From: Octopus sinensis
Lineage: Eukaryota
NCBI RefSeq assembly: GCF_006345805.1
Contig: NW_021834874.1
Location: forward strand, 1-44,860
Direction of reading: 5' to 3'
Length of the DNA stretch: 44,860 nucleotides
Made by a program: the position numbers and the translations under genes. Positions 23,872 through 37,456 of the stretch are shown here, piece by piece; the first letter of the stretch is position 1; each line of letters begins with the position of its first letter. The notes beneath the pieces are model-generated. The model was not told where the DNA came from, made no database searches, and saw only the letters and a program-made list of their open reading frames with translations.

Positions 23872-25370
23872 TGTGTGTGTGTGTGCGTGTGCCTGTACAT
23901 ACGTATAGTTAAGACCAGTTCAAGTATGCTTGAGAGATATTTGAACCTGTAAATGCTTTACTCTGCAATCTGAGGAGAAGATTGTCTCCAGAGTATAATA
24001 AGGTGTGTTCAAACACCATAGTCAGCTCATGCCACCACCCCACTACTGGACCGAAGGATGCATCTCGAACTCAGTATTTTGTGGTGTCTTAAATGAGAAT
24101 TTTTCAGCATAACAAACTGTAGTGAAAAGTCTTTACAAGTCCAAATACCTCTCAAACATAACTGAACTAGTCTTACATTTTTTTCGTTTTTTCCATGAAT
24201 GCTCGCGTTCCAACTCAAGTGTTTGCTCCGGTTTGACAACTTGTGTCTGCCTTTGTTAAATGTTATTAACTGACGTTCGAAAAGTGAAGCACGACTTTGT
24301 AGTCAACTTAGAGCTACCTCTCTTAGTAACTGGTACTGAAGGGAACTAACGCGTTCTAAATTCATCTCTTCTCCAATAGAGAGCGGTCTGAGATGAGTAT
24401 GGTGTTTTGACAGATTCAGAACTACACAACCAATTTCATTCAAATTTTACACATGCCTTACTTAAGGTCCGGGGAGTGTCATCGGCAAAAAAATCTTAAC
24501 ATTTTTCCCTAGGGCGACCCCACAGCAATATCGTATCTTCTCCACTATTTCAGTATTACGTGTTAAAAGTGAAACAAAAACATCTCTCTTTTGTAATACA
24601 GACACTTTCACTTTAATACTGAAACTATTAAAGTGAAAGTATTATATAACAGGGATGAACCATTAACAATGGTCATCCATTTTGCTAGAAGAAGATCCGC
24701 TATGGTCTTATATGCTACACCACTGGTTTTCAATTCATATTAATCAAATTAATATTCAATTTTTCACCTTTATTATATGTGTGTGTGTGTGTATTAGCAA
24801 TTCGTATAAAATTGCATCAATGACTTGAACTTGAATAAGTGGTTTCACATAAATGGGGATAAATTAAAAAGGTTTGCTGTTATTATTATAACTGGTTGAC
24901 TATTGTAATCACGTTTGTTGGTTCCTCGTCAGGGAAACGCTGTTGTGTTGCATTTGTTAAATAATTGTAAACCATAACCCTCCCCCTATCGGAGAAGGGG
25001 CTTTGGTTATTGTTTAAAAATTGAATTGTGTCCCTGTTTGTGGAAATTGACAATATTTTCACCGTCTTTACGGAATCATTTTTGTTAAAATGCTTTCGAT
25101 AGAAGAAAGTCCAAAAATGAATTTCGCTGCGGCCGTACACTTCTATACAAGAAGGAGGACAAGATCCAATTGATCGAAATTGCAAGAGACAGGCCTACAA
25201 TTCCAGTCTGTTATATATTTTGAGTATTGTTATCACTAGCGATATCAAGATATAACTTTGTATTTGTATTTTATGTGTTGATGTTATATATTATAGATGT
25301 ACATGTAATATGTACACATATATATCATGCATAATATCTACCATACACACATACACACACACACATACAT

Positions 25371-25503
25371 AGGGGCAGGTGTGGGCTGTGTGGTAACAAA
25401 CTACGTTCCAAACACATGTCCTGGGTTCAGTCCCACTGTGTGGTGACTTGGCATGTGTCTTCTGCTGTAGCCTCAGACTACAAAGCCTTCTCAGTGATTT
25501 GTA
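25371..25503 (+). mobile_element. Family A SINE 5' part nested in the Helitron
   Basis: GCTGTGTGGTAAC...CTGGGTTCAGTCCCACTGTGTGG...GCATGTGTCTTCTGCTGTAGCCTC, matching 35165-35290. Confidence 0.8.
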
Positions 25504-25614
25504 CATATATACAGGCATACATACAAATATACTTGCATACGTACATATTCGGCATAAACACTCTACCACTACAACTAATAACTGCTGTGAACACTTTCAA
25601 ACCTGCCTTACATT

Positions 25615-28442
25615 CGAACCGGAATCTTAACGCCCGAGTTTTCCATCTGAAGTTAATCTCTTTCATGGAGCTCATACAAAAGGACAAGTCTTTGGGCCCA
25701 TACAATGTGACAAGTACACAATCGAGTGGCAAAAAAGGGGCCTTCCACATGCTCATATCCTGCTTTGGCTCTCAGCGAAGATCAATTCCAATGACATCGA
25801 CAAGATAATCTCTGCAGAGCTTCCTGATCCAGCTTTAGACAAAGACCTATACGAAATAGTTAAAGCAAACATGGTACATGGTCCATGTGGGCGTGGATTC
25901 AACATAAACACACCATGCTTGAAGGACAGCATATGTTCAAAAAGATTTCCAAGGAGGTTCCTACAAGAAACTCAGACAAGTGCTGATGGGTATCCATCAT
26001 ACAGACGCAGAAAACCAGAAGACGGAGATTTCACAGCAACTATTGGACAGCACGATATTGATAATAGATGGATTGTTCCATACTGCCCACTCCTGTCAAA
26101 GACTTTCAATGCCCACATCAACGTTGAGTTTTGCAACTCCGTTAAATCCATCAAGTACGTTTACAAATATGTAAACAAGGGTTCTGACGCTGCAATGTTT
26201 GGACTTCAACAAGAATACTGCCAGGATGAGGTGACGCATTATCAGGTGGGACGGGACATAAGTAGCAACGAGGCTTTCTGGCGCATCTTTGGCTTTCCAA
26301 TTCACCAACGACGCCCCGCCATTCAACAGCTTGCAGTGCATCTGGAAAATGGTCAAAGAGTGTACTTCACCGATGCTAATGCTTCTCTGTTGGCAGAGGA
26401 ACCAAGGGATAGCATACTCACTGCATTCTTCAAGCTTTGTCAAGTGGATCCATTCGCTCAAACCTTGCTGTATTCACAGGTTCAATCGTACTACACTTGG
26501 AATGGAAAAAAATGGGCCCCACGGAAAGCAGGTCAAAATGTTCATGGATACCCTGGCATTAAGATTCTCACTTGCCTTGGGCGAGTACACACAGTGCATC
26601 CCACTCAACAAGAGTGCTTCTACCTTCGTCTACTACTGCATGAGGTCAGAGGGCCAACGTCTTTCCAGGCCCTAAAAACCGTTCATGGACATGTCTGCAC
26701 AACATACAGAGAAGCCTGCTATCGACACGATCTGTTAGAAGATTGTGCACAATGGGATGCAACTTTATTACAATCACCTAAAAGTCTCAGGGCACTATTT
26801 GCAGTTTTACTACAGGCATGCGAACTGTGTGATCCGGCCACTCTATGGCTCAAATATAGAGACAACCTGGCTGAAGAATTTCAGCGCCAAGTTCAACTGC
26901 TCTATCCTGACATGGAGGGTATCAGCAATGAAATCTATAACAAAACATTGACATTGAAGACAGACTTGCTGAACTGGGTGGAAATGAATTGTCGACGTAT
27001 GGTCTGCCACAAGCATTCAGATCAGGGTCAAATAGCCTTCCCACAGCTGTCATTCGTGAAACAACCTACGACACTCAAGCGCTTTCAAAGTACATTGTTG
27101 AAAATGAGCCTAAATTACTTCCAGACCAGCTGCAGGCCTACAGAACTATTCTTAACAGTGTACGCCAACGCGAGGGACGAATCTTCTTCCTCGATGCTCC
27201 TGGAGGAACAGGAAAAACATTTATTACCACGCTTCTCCTTGCAGAAGTTAGGCAGCATCAGGGCATTGCAGCTAGCCTCCTCTGGCATTGCAGCTATTTT
27301 GTTACCCGGTGGCAGGACAGCACACTCAACTTTTAAACTCCCACTCAATTTAGCAGCATCCGAAATGCCTTCATGCAACATCAATAAAAGCTCAGATCAG
27401 GGACAAGTACTTAAAATGTCTCATCTAATTGTCTGAGATGAGTGCACTATGGCTCACAAGGGAGCTTTGGAAGCATTAGATAGAGCCCTGAAAGACATCC
27501 GAGACTGTCAGGCTCCAATGGGAGGTGTAACGCTTCTGTTGTCAGGTGATTTCAGGCAAACTCTTCCTGTCATTCCGAAAGGCACTAGAGCAGATGAAGT
27601 CCAAGCATGCCTAAATTCCTTTACCCTGTGGCATCATGTTACAATCTTCAGTCTCACCACTAACATGAGAGCTCAGCTACACGGCGACAAAATGTCCACA
27701 AAGTTTGCACAGGACATTTTGACACTTGGTGCAGGCAAGATGCCTCTCGATGCTGCAGGACAAATGGAAGTGTGGTCATTTTCCTCTGTTGTTAATTCTG
27801 TAGATGACCTCAAAAACAAAGTATTTTCCAACTTCACACAAAACTACCAAAATCACAATTAACGTCGCTGTTAACAAAATTAATCAACAGCTAATGAATT
27901 CTCTTCCCGGCACTATACACACTTACAAGTCTATTGATACAATTCCAGGTATAAATGAAGTTGTGAACTATCCTCCTGAATTTCTCAATTCAATGGATCC
28001 TCCTGGACTACCTCCACACATATTAGCACTTAAAGTTGGAACTCCTGTAATGCTACTCCGCAATCTGGAACCACCAAGACTTTGCAATAGAACACGGCTG
28101 GTGATAAAGAAAATGATGTCACGCGTTATCGAGGCGATCAATCTTTCTTGATGTGGAAAAGATGATGACGTCTTTATTCCAAGAATTCCTCTTACTCCAT
28201 CAGGAGCAGAAATTCTATTTACATTCAGAAGACTGCAATTCCCCCTTCGTGTCAGCTTTACCATGTCCATTAACAAATCTCAGGGTCAAACCCTGTCTGT
28301 AGCTGGTTTTCTCTTGGAAGAGCCCTACTTCTCACATGGGCAACTGTATGTTGGCTGCTCAAGAGTGGGAACCAAACGAAACCTTTTTGTATATGCTCCA
28401 CAAGGAAAAACAAGGAACATTGTTTACAACGAGGTGTTATAA
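25615..28442 (+). pseudogene. Helitron Rep/PIF1-like helicase (RepHel), N-terminally deleted, with frameshifts and stops
   Basis: Rep motifs ARVFHLKL, EWQKRGLPHAH (25724-25756), MVHGPCG, HINVEFC..SIKYV.KY..KG. Helicase motifs DAPGGTGKT, LASSGIAA..GRTAHS, *DECTMAHK, GDFRQTLPV, LTTNMR, MLLRNL, INKSQGQT, FSHGQLYVGCSRV; ends RNIVYNEVL-stop. Confidence 0.95.
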
Positions 28443-29094
28443 TCTCAACAGCCAGGAGGTATATACATGATCCCCCTTTTTTTAACAAACTTCATGTACT
28501 TTCATGTATTTATATTAATATACATATATATATGTGTGTGTGTGTGTATCCATATATATATTACAGAAAAGTCTAATTCTTCAATTGAATGTAACCGGGC
28601 AACGCCGGGTATCTCGGCTAGTATTTAATAAAACACGGGATGTATTTACAATTCAGTATAGAACAGTGAATGAAATTTAAAATTTCACCCCACACAACAC
28701 TCTCTGCTGTCTAAAAAGAAAGAAAGAAAGAAAGAAAGAAAGAAGACAGAATAACGATATAGAAACAATCCATTAATTCATAAACCTCAGCTTCATCAGC
28801 AAACAGTAAGTCAACTATTATGTTTATCGTAAAACAGCAAACATGTCCTAGTTTACATAACACCGTTAATGTCTGAATCACTAATTGGAATAAAACATCC
28901 ACCGATTCTAAAGGGATTTACTTCTAGACGTATATAATTCCACTATATCGAACTGCATAAATTTCCAAAACTGCTTATTACTGAAACCAGAGAGAAGTGA
29001 CCAATTCCGAGAGAAGTGACCAGTTCAGTGTAAAAGTGATTGAATCTAAACTATTTTTTCTGGTCATTTCTGTCTCACGTCTCCTAAAATATAT

Positions 29095-29388
29095 TTATCT
29101 GCGTTTTGGTTTGGCAAGAAAATTAACTTTATAATCTTTAAGAGTAATGTATGCGTTACGTAGCGCTAAATGTTCTAACGTATCTTTCATTCCTAGAATG
29201 ACAGCGATTTCTTTTGCATCTAAATCAATAACATGATAAGTGGCAGACTCTGTATTTCGTGCAGACATTAGAAATATTGCGAAGAACTTGTTTTCGGTAG
29301 ATGCAGTTTCGTACATATTTCTTTTATTGTCACCGAAGCACCATACTCCCTTAATCTTCATGTCTCTTTCGCCACAATTCCAGTCTTA
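29095..29388 (-). CDS. Candidate isolated coding exon (about 97 codons), unknown protein
   Basis: Non-repetitive open frame WNCGERDMKIKGVWCFGDNKRNMYETASTENKFFAIFLMSARNTESATYHVIDLDAKE...KPKRR-stop in AT-rich DNA; no recognised homology; could be chance. Confidence 0.25.
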
Positions 29389-29689
29389 TTCCTATAAGAA
29401 ACTTACTTATAAAGTACGCCTCACGTGGTTCCGAGTAATGCTGTTTCAGAAATAAAACTCGTTGAAAATTCGAAGTCTGTCAACTTTTTAAAAACAAATA
29501 AATTTGTCTCCACTTAATGTATTGCCTCTTTTTCTTCAATAAAAGTCCAACTTTTTAAACTCTAAAGAAGATAGCATTTAAATTCAGATACACACACATA
29601 TATGTATATATACACGTATATATGTGCATATACAAATTTATACATATATATATATGTGTGTGTTCATGTGTCTGTGTATCTGTGGGTGT

Positions 29690-29780
29690 GTATGTATAAC
29701 ATAGACACATTATAAATGTATGTATACACAGACATTTAAATACACACACACACACACATATATTATATATATATATTATA

Positions 29781-29852
<72 letters not shown>

Positions 29853-29938
29853 GTTATACATATGTTTACAATATACATAGGTACAATATGTTTATATTTG
29901 TGTATACATATATATGTGTGTGTGTGTGTTTCTGTGTG

Positions 29939-29990
<52 letters not shown>

Positions 29991-30010
29991 TGTGTGTGAT
30001 TGTGGGTGTG
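29690..30010. repeat. Compound (TA)n/(TG)n microsatellite
   Basis: Direct reading. Confidence 0.9.
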
Positions 30011-30389
30011 TGTCGGGGTGTTAATGATATAAATAGCGGTATGAATACCTACACCTATACATTAGTGGCCTGCAGCAATCTAACATTGTTAACTAATAGC
30101 TGAGCTGTCGGACATACTTCCGCTGCTAATGATCACTTAATAAGTTGTAAAAAAAGAAATACAAGCCATTCAAAAAGGAACAGCATTCGACATGTCAGCG
30201 TACAATACACAAGTGTCCTATAATGGAGCCCTTAAGCAGACAGTATGGCTAGCTATCACTCGGTGGTGGCGCTGGTGTCGGTGGTGATGGAGAAGTTTTT
30301 GTCTTCGCAATATGGCTGACTCTGTCGATAGTGCTTCTTAATTACATTTTTTTTAATACTGGTTTTGTTAGACTATAAAGCCGAATGCT

Positions 30390-31107
30390 GTTGTGGTGAT
30401 TGTTGTAATATATATTGGTGCTATAAATGTACTATTATTATTATTATTATTATTGTTATTATTATTATTATTATTATTAGTAGTAGTAGTAGTAGTTAGT
30501 AGTAGTAGTAGTAGTAGTAGTAATTATCGTTGTTGTCGTGGTTGTGGTAGTAGTGGCGGTAGTGGTGGTGGTGGTGGGGGGTGATGGCCGTGGTGGTGGT
30601 CGCGGGGGTTGATGGTGGAAATGGCAATCATTATTAGAAAAATGTTAAGAAATTCACACATAAGATGGTGATGATGATGATGAGGAGGAGGAGGAGGATG
30701 ACGACGACGACGACGACGATGGCGACGATGAGGACGACGAGGTTGGCGACGTTGGTGGTGAACAAGAGGAGCGTGGTAATCATCAACTCGATCACGAGAA
30801 GGACGACGATGATGACGACGATTCTGATCATGATGATGATGATGATAAGGAAGAGGAGGAGGAGGAAGGAGAAGATCAGACGCCGATGATAACGATGATC
30901 CTGATCATGGTCATCATGGACACGACCATGATGATGACCATGATGGTTATGATGTTCATGATCATGATGACAACGATGCGGGTGACGGGTGCGGCGGAGG
31001 GGGCGTTGAAGATGGCCTTTTGGCGTAATGGTCGTGGTGTAGTAGTAGTGGTAGTAGTTTTAGTGGTCTTATTGCTGTTATTGTTATTACTATTATATAT
31101 GTCTGTG

Positions 31108-31155
<48 letters not shown>

Positions 31156-31191
31156 TATGTATATATTTACATATGTATATATATGTATATA

Positions 31192-31263
<72 letters not shown>

Positions 31264-31300
31264 GTATATATATATATCTATATATAATATATATGTACAG

Positions 31301-31331
<31 letters not shown>

Positions 31332-31340
31332 GATATATAG

Positions 31341-31373
<33 letters not shown>

Positions 31374-31395
31374 CTATATGTACATATATATATAA

Positions 31396-31445
<50 letters not shown>

Positions 31446-31695
31446 CATATGCAAGGGTATATAGTATACATTTAGATAGATAAACATACTGATAGACAGA
31501 CAGATAGATAGATAGATATGTACATGTGCATACACAAATGTATATAATATACAAGCATATGTGGGCGCATTTATCAATGTGTGTGTGTATGTGTGTGTGT
31601 GTGTGTATGTGTGTGTGCGTGTGTGTGCGTGCGTGTGTGTGTGCGTGTGTGTGTGTGTGTGTGTGTGCGTGTGTGTGTGCGCGCGTGCGTGTGTT
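30390..31695. repeat. Graded trinucleotide low-complexity island (TTA, GTA, GGT, GAT, GAG, GAC) followed by (TA)n/(GATA)n/(TG)n
   Basis: Direct reading. Confidence 0.9.
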
Positions 31696-31952
31696 CTAAT
31701 AGAGGGTGAGTGAGCGATGAGAAAGCAGGGTGGTGCCTAAAACAAAAATATGCAGAAGAAGAAGGAAGATGGCTGAACGTGGCAGCTGAGTGAAAGTCTG
31801 GGAAAGAGTAAGAAGAAAAGGAGAAGGGAATGAAAGAGGAATGAGATGAATGCCAAGAAGGATATATAGGTGACAGGAATGGAGAGAGAGAAGGAGAGAG
31901 GCGGTGTGGGGTGGAATGGGAAAGGTGGGGAAAAAGATTGAAGGAAACGCTG

Positions 31953-31988
<36 letters not shown>

Positions 31989-32841
31989 AGAAAGAGAAGT
32001 GGGTTGGATGGGTAAAGGGAAACAAATATGTAAGCATTATTACTAAATTGATCATCGTTCGATATTGATTAACAAGTAGCTACTTCATGGAATCTAGTTA
32101 CTGGGTGCTTTTGAGCGTGTGTGGGGTGGGGGTGGGGGTGATTTTCTTTTTTTTTTGTCCTTTTGTGGTTTTGTAATTTCTTATTGTTCCTTTTTGTATT
32201 TGTCTTTTCTGTGTTTTGTTCTTGTTCTTGTTTTGATTTTGAGATTTTCTTTCTTCTCTTCCCCTTCAGAAGGAGTCTCATTTCGACATACCAACACACC
32301 ACCAAAACACACACATCTTTCAGCCTTCCCCTTCTCCGTTTCACGTTTCACGTTACCCCTTTCGTTTTCCCTCGTCCCTCACACCAAACCAATTGGCTCC
32401 GTTCTATTACCTTACTAACTGTTAATTGCTGGTACAACACTTGGGTTGATTATTAATTGGTTTGTCGTTAACATGCAGTCGAACGCTTTTTTGTTTCTGG
32501 TTTTTCTCTGTGTTACTTTTGTTTTTCCTTTCCACTTTATTTGTATCACTTATGCACGTTTTATTAATTACATTGCTTCCGTATTGTACTCATAAATGTG
32601 TGGGCTGGTGGTCTTTTGCGCGTGGGTATGCATATTTTTGTATCTTATATATTCACATATATACACGCATATATACGTATATATATTTGTGTATCTATTC
32701 AGCTATACATGCATATAGATAACTATCTACATGCTTATGAATATATATCATATATATATATATATACATACAAGCTTTCTTGATTATAGATATATAAATA
32801 CATATATGTGCATATTTATATAGTATATACATGCATGTATA

Positions 32842-32902
<61 letters not shown>

Positions 32903-33554
32903 ATATATATATATGTATAATATGCATATATCATATATACATGCATTCTTGATTATAGATATATGTGTGTGTATATATATATCTTGTGAGTGTGTGTTAA
33001 TGTGCGTTTCCTCGTGTTTCTTCGTTTTCCTGATTCTGTCAGACTTCTTGTTTTATTTGTCTGCTGGATAATTCCCGATTGATAAGATTAATAGTAATAT
33101 TGATTAAACATTACATTCGCTGGTCCCTTTACCCTTCCCCCCACCCCCACTTTTTCCTCTTCCTACTCCTCTTCCACCCCATTCTTCCTCGCGTCGTTTC
33201 CCCTTCTACTATTCTGCTTCTCCAATTTTCCCCCCTTCACGTATTCCCATATTTGCTCACGAGATCCTTCTCTCGTAGGCTTATGTTGTTGCTGTTGCTG
33301 CTGTTTGCACATTATTGCCTTTGTTACATTATAAGACACCACAGGAATATCACAAGTCGACCTACTGACTATATACACACACATACACACATACCCATAT
33401 ATACACATATACAGCATACACACATACCTACATACATTCTTACAACATATGTATATATATGCGTGTGTGTGTGTGTGTGCCTATGTATATATATATATTT
33501 ATGTGTGTATGTATTATGTATGTATATATATGTGTATGTCTATGTATATATATT

Positions 33555-33590
<36 letters not shown>

Positions 33591-33880
33591 TGTGTATGTA
33601 TGTGTGTGTATTAACATACATATATATATGGGATATATATTATATGTCTGTGTATATGTATGTGTGTGTTTATATTAATGCGCTGCTGCAATCTCAGCAT
33701 CTCATTACAGAAGTCATTGTTTTACGTTGATTTATGATTTGGCCTGAACTCTACTCCATGTTGCATATCCCAGCCATTGGCGGCATAAAATTCACAAGGA
33801 ACATCTAATCTCAATCATCATACACCAGTGTTTGTTTATACATAAATATGTATGCATGTATGGACTGATATATATATATG

Positions 33881-33963
<83 letters not shown>

Positions 33964-34271
33964 ATATATACGTGTTGCTGTTAAGTTTGAAATTTTCCTT
34001 GTAGGAGGGGAATGGTGGAAGACTAAATCATCGGAGAAAGCTGCTAAAGTGATTCTAAGAATGGCTGATGGTTGGGTGAGGAAGGAGAAGGTAGCAGAGT
34101 GTCGGCGGTGGAGAGAGTGATTTTAGTTTGGCGGCTTATTGAGAAAACACTTTTAAAGAAGTAACACGAGAAGGCTCTCAGTTATAGATAGACGGGTGTA
34201 CCTATGTGAATATATATTCTTGCGAATGTGTTTGTGTGTGTGTGCCTGTATATATGTGTGAGTGTGTGTGC

Positions 34272-34326
<55 letters not shown>

Positions 34327-34957
34327 CATCCCATATATTTGAGGATTCTTTCTATTGCCTTCCAATTAATATCAGTCGAGAAAACGTCTTAGACGCTTTG
34401 TTTTTTGTTTGGTTTTTTTTTTCCATTCTGTGTAATAAAGATGCTATTGAATGGTCTATAATGCATGAAGTTCTTTTTTTTTCTGAATAAAAGATATTTT
34501 TCATAATATTAAATATGCACAACTATCTGCTACAGGTTAGAAAACTTTGGAAATTTTAGAGCATTATGAAGAAGCAAAGACGAATATGGCAGCAAACAGT
34601 AGTTATGCCAAAATAACATTTGATAATAACTGTGTTTTTCTATTTGGATAAGAAGAAATTTGGAAGCCATTTTAGAAAATTACTCTCTCCTAAATAGACA
34701 TAGATAGTGCGAAACAATGTTAACTACACTACTAAATATGCGGAGAGTAAGTAGTAAACAGTGTATGTATTTATAGCGGTGGTAGTGTGGTGATTACGAT
34801 AACTCGAATCTCTGCAGTCTTGCTTCGAAATTAACTCAGGGAAGAAAATTATATTTCAGAAACTCCACTTTGGTTTTTTTCTTCTATATTATATAAAGCT
34901 TCCAATTAACTAAGAAAAACAACTTTCATACTTTCTTCGTTTAATATTAGCTGCAAT

Positions 34958-35133
34958 GGAGGCGGCGATCTGGCAGAATCGTTAGCGCGCCGGACGAAAA
35001 TGCTTGGCCGCATTTCATCCATCATTACGTTCTGAGTTCAAACACCGCTGAGGTCGACTTTGCCTTATATCCCTTTGGGGCCAATAAAACAAGTAGCAGT
35101 AGAGCACTGAGGTGGCCTTGTGCCAAAATTTGA
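34958..35133 (+). mobile_element. Family B SINE with GGCCTTGTGCC-type tail
   Basis: Head GGCGATCTGGCAGAATCGTTAG...GAGTTCAAACACCGCTGAGGTCGACTTTGCC; tail GGCCTTGTGCCAAAATTTGA. Confidence 0.8.
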
Positions 35134-35160
35134 GTCATTAGCTGTTATTTTGAAATATTA

Positions 35161-35343
35161 GCTGAAGTGGCTGTGTGGTAAGTAGCTTGCTTACCAACCA
35201 CATGGTTCCGGGTTCAGTCCCACTATGTGGCACCTTGGGCAAGTGTCTTCTACTATAGCCTCGGGCCGAACAAAGCCTTGTGAGTGGATTTGGTAGACGG
35301 AAACTGAAAGAAGCCCGTTGTAATATATGTATGTATATATATA

Positions 35344-35382
<39 letters not shown>

Positions 35383-35626
35383 TGTGTGTGTGTGTGTGTG
35401 TTGTGTGGTGTGTTGTGTATGTTTGTCTACCTTTTTTGTCCTCCCAATATCGCTTGACAACCGATGCTGGTGTGTTTACGTCCCCGTAACTTAGCGGTTC
35501 GGCAAAAGAGACCGATAGAATAAGTCCTAGGCTTACAAAGAATAAATCCTGGGGTCGATTTGCTCGACTAAAGGCGGTGATCCAGCATGGTCACAGTCAA
35601 ATGACTGAAACAAGTAAAAGATTAAA
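35161..35626 (+). mobile_element. Family A SINE, full length and well preserved
   Basis: A-box-like GGCTGTGTGGTAAG, B-box GGGTTCAGTCCC, internal (TA)n/(TG)n, body and TAAAAG-type tail. Confidence 0.92.
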
Positions 35627-35959
35627 AGGTTGTATTGTTTTTGTGCGGAATACCTTTAACAAAACGTAAAGCCTATTTATAATGGAGAAGAATTTTGGTC
35701 GAAACTTATGTTTATGACATTTTTCTTGCGAAATAGTTTTGTTGTTTGGTTCGCCTGTCTTTTTTTAAAATACTGAAATCGTTTATCGTCGAAATTATAA
35801 TTTCAAACTCAAACAAAATTTCAATTCATGGACCGTATTCCATTGAAGATCATTGAAGACAAAACAGACGACGAGATGAGCGGTCATCGATATTATACTG
35901 AGGCAGAAATCAATCAACATATATATATCAATAAACACAACCAAGTAGAAACAACATGT

Positions 35960-36200
35960 GAGTGCGCATGGAACTCACTATCGGACGATCGCGGTTTCGA
36001 TTCCCAGACTGGTCGGTGCATTGTGTTCTTAAACAAAACACTTCATTTCACGTTACTTTAGTCCACTCATCTGGAAATTAACGGCGCCTCGTTAATGGGA
36101 GAGTGTTGTCTTCTCAGATGAAGAGTTGCCATAGGAACCGGGTTAAGCCCCGGTTTATGTACCTTACGGCCCAAAACCGACCTAATCTAAGAAGCAACAG
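35960..36200 (+). mobile_element. Degenerate SINE fragments (family C-like head plus a tail related to 1-40)
   Basis: CGCGGTTTCGATTCCCAGAC...GCAAAACACTTCATTTCACG-like block; GGAACCGGG...CCGG resembles the reverse complement of window positions 1-30. Confidence 0.5.
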
Positions 36201-36459
36201 GTTTCTGTTAACAATGAGACAACATTGAAATGAATAGTTCGTTGCATAGAAGTTCGGTGTCAAGCTCTGGCCACGAATGCAGCCGAAGAAATCAAAGAGA
36301 AAGAGGAACAGCTTCCTGCTTTTGCTTCATTCATCTTTGGTCAATTTTGTTAGCTTGACACCAGGCTTTGGTCTCTGGACTGCATTTGATGGCTGAGTTA
36401 CAACAGAAAATATAATAAAGAAACCCTTCGGTATTGCACCTAGAAAGTTCCCCTCCGAG

Positions 36460-36560
36460 ACAAGGCTGTTTATGGAAGACCAGCAGTTGGCCATGCATAC
36501 CAGCCTCGCTTCTCCATGCCACCGATGTTGTCCAAGGCCTGACGCTCTTACCACTAAACC
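36460..36560 (-). mobile_element. SINE fragment with internal deletion
   Basis: AGGCTGTTTATGGAAGACCAGCAG..CCATGCATACC..GCCACCGATGTTGTCCAAGG joined directly to a tRNA-head end (GACGCTCTTACCACT). Confidence 0.45.
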
Positions 36561-36639
36561 GTTCATATTCAATGTTACATTTATCACATAGAAGCAACAA
36601 CCACCAGGTGAGATTCTTACTTGACAACGAGGGTCTCCA

Positions 36640-37015
36640 TTAACACTATCACCACCACCACCACGATCACCACCACTGACATCACCAGCATCAACACTAT
36701 CAGAATCGACAATACCAGCACCAGAAACAGCATCAGCGCCCTCACCATCACAACCACCACTACCATCCCCATCACCACCACCATCATGACCGCCACCATC
36801 ACCACCTGTACTACCACCATTACCAGCATCGCCAACAATATCAGCGCCACTATCACCGAAATCACTATCGACACCATCACCCACCACCACCATAAACGCC
36901 ACTATCACCATCACCACCATCACCAACATCACCATCACTGCCACCATCACCACCATTAATGCAATTTCCCACCATCCACACCGCCACCGTTTCTCGATAT
37001 CTCCACCGCCATCGC
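36640..37015. repeat. (CAC/CAT)n low-complexity tract
   Basis: Direct reading. Confidence 0.9.
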
Positions 37016-37420
37016 CACATATCTTTGCATATGACAAACATTAAAAGACATTCTATTCTACTTTATTCTTTCCTATTCTTCTATTCTTGTACATTCCAAA
37101 TAAAAATCTACAAAACAGCAAAGAAATCATTTCTGGTCTTTGTCACGAAATGAAGCCGATCAATTAGTCAACATGAAATCAAAGTGATCAATTAGTGATC
37201 AATAAATCAAAATTATCAAATTTTCTGTCAAAATCAAATTTTATGGTCTTACAATGTGTTGTACTTTCATCGGTGGAAACAATTTTCAAAGGAAGAAACG
37301 AAGACAAATATCTGCGATCCCTGTAAAAACCTTGTGTGTATGTGTGTGTGTGTGTGTGTGTTATAAATATATATATATCATACACATTATATAGATATAT
37401 TAATATTTATATTTATATGC

Positions 37421-37456
<36 letters not shown>

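Larger units (their letters stand above)
24365..28621 (+). mobile_element. Helitron, internally deleted, with both termini
   Basis: 5' A|TC at 24364/24365 followed by a Helitron-like 5' block (CAGAACTACACAACCAATTTCATTCAAATTTTACAC). 3' hairpin CCGG-GCAACG-CCGG at about 28595-28608 and CTAG|T at 28618-28622. Rep and helicase remnants lie inside. The 5' end assignment is less certain than the 3' end. Confidence 0.8.

Noticed and set aside
24020-24330. Possible very old mariner 5' relic on the minus strand (similar weak case at 39300-39450)
   Set aside because: Only faint motif resemblance; no TIR pair.
25196-29388. Shared 13-mer AGACTGGAATTGT (minus strand) upstream of both orphan ORFs
   Set aside because: A few 13-mer matches are expected by chance in a window of this size, and the downstream frames are unrelated.
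30393-31287. Long low-complexity ORFs in the trinucleotide island
   Set aside because: All frames are open because of repeat composition; no domain or splice evidence.
36327-37037. 236-aa Gly/Asp/Val-rich ORF
   Set aside because: Antisense of a (CAC/CAT)n tract running into SINE fragments.
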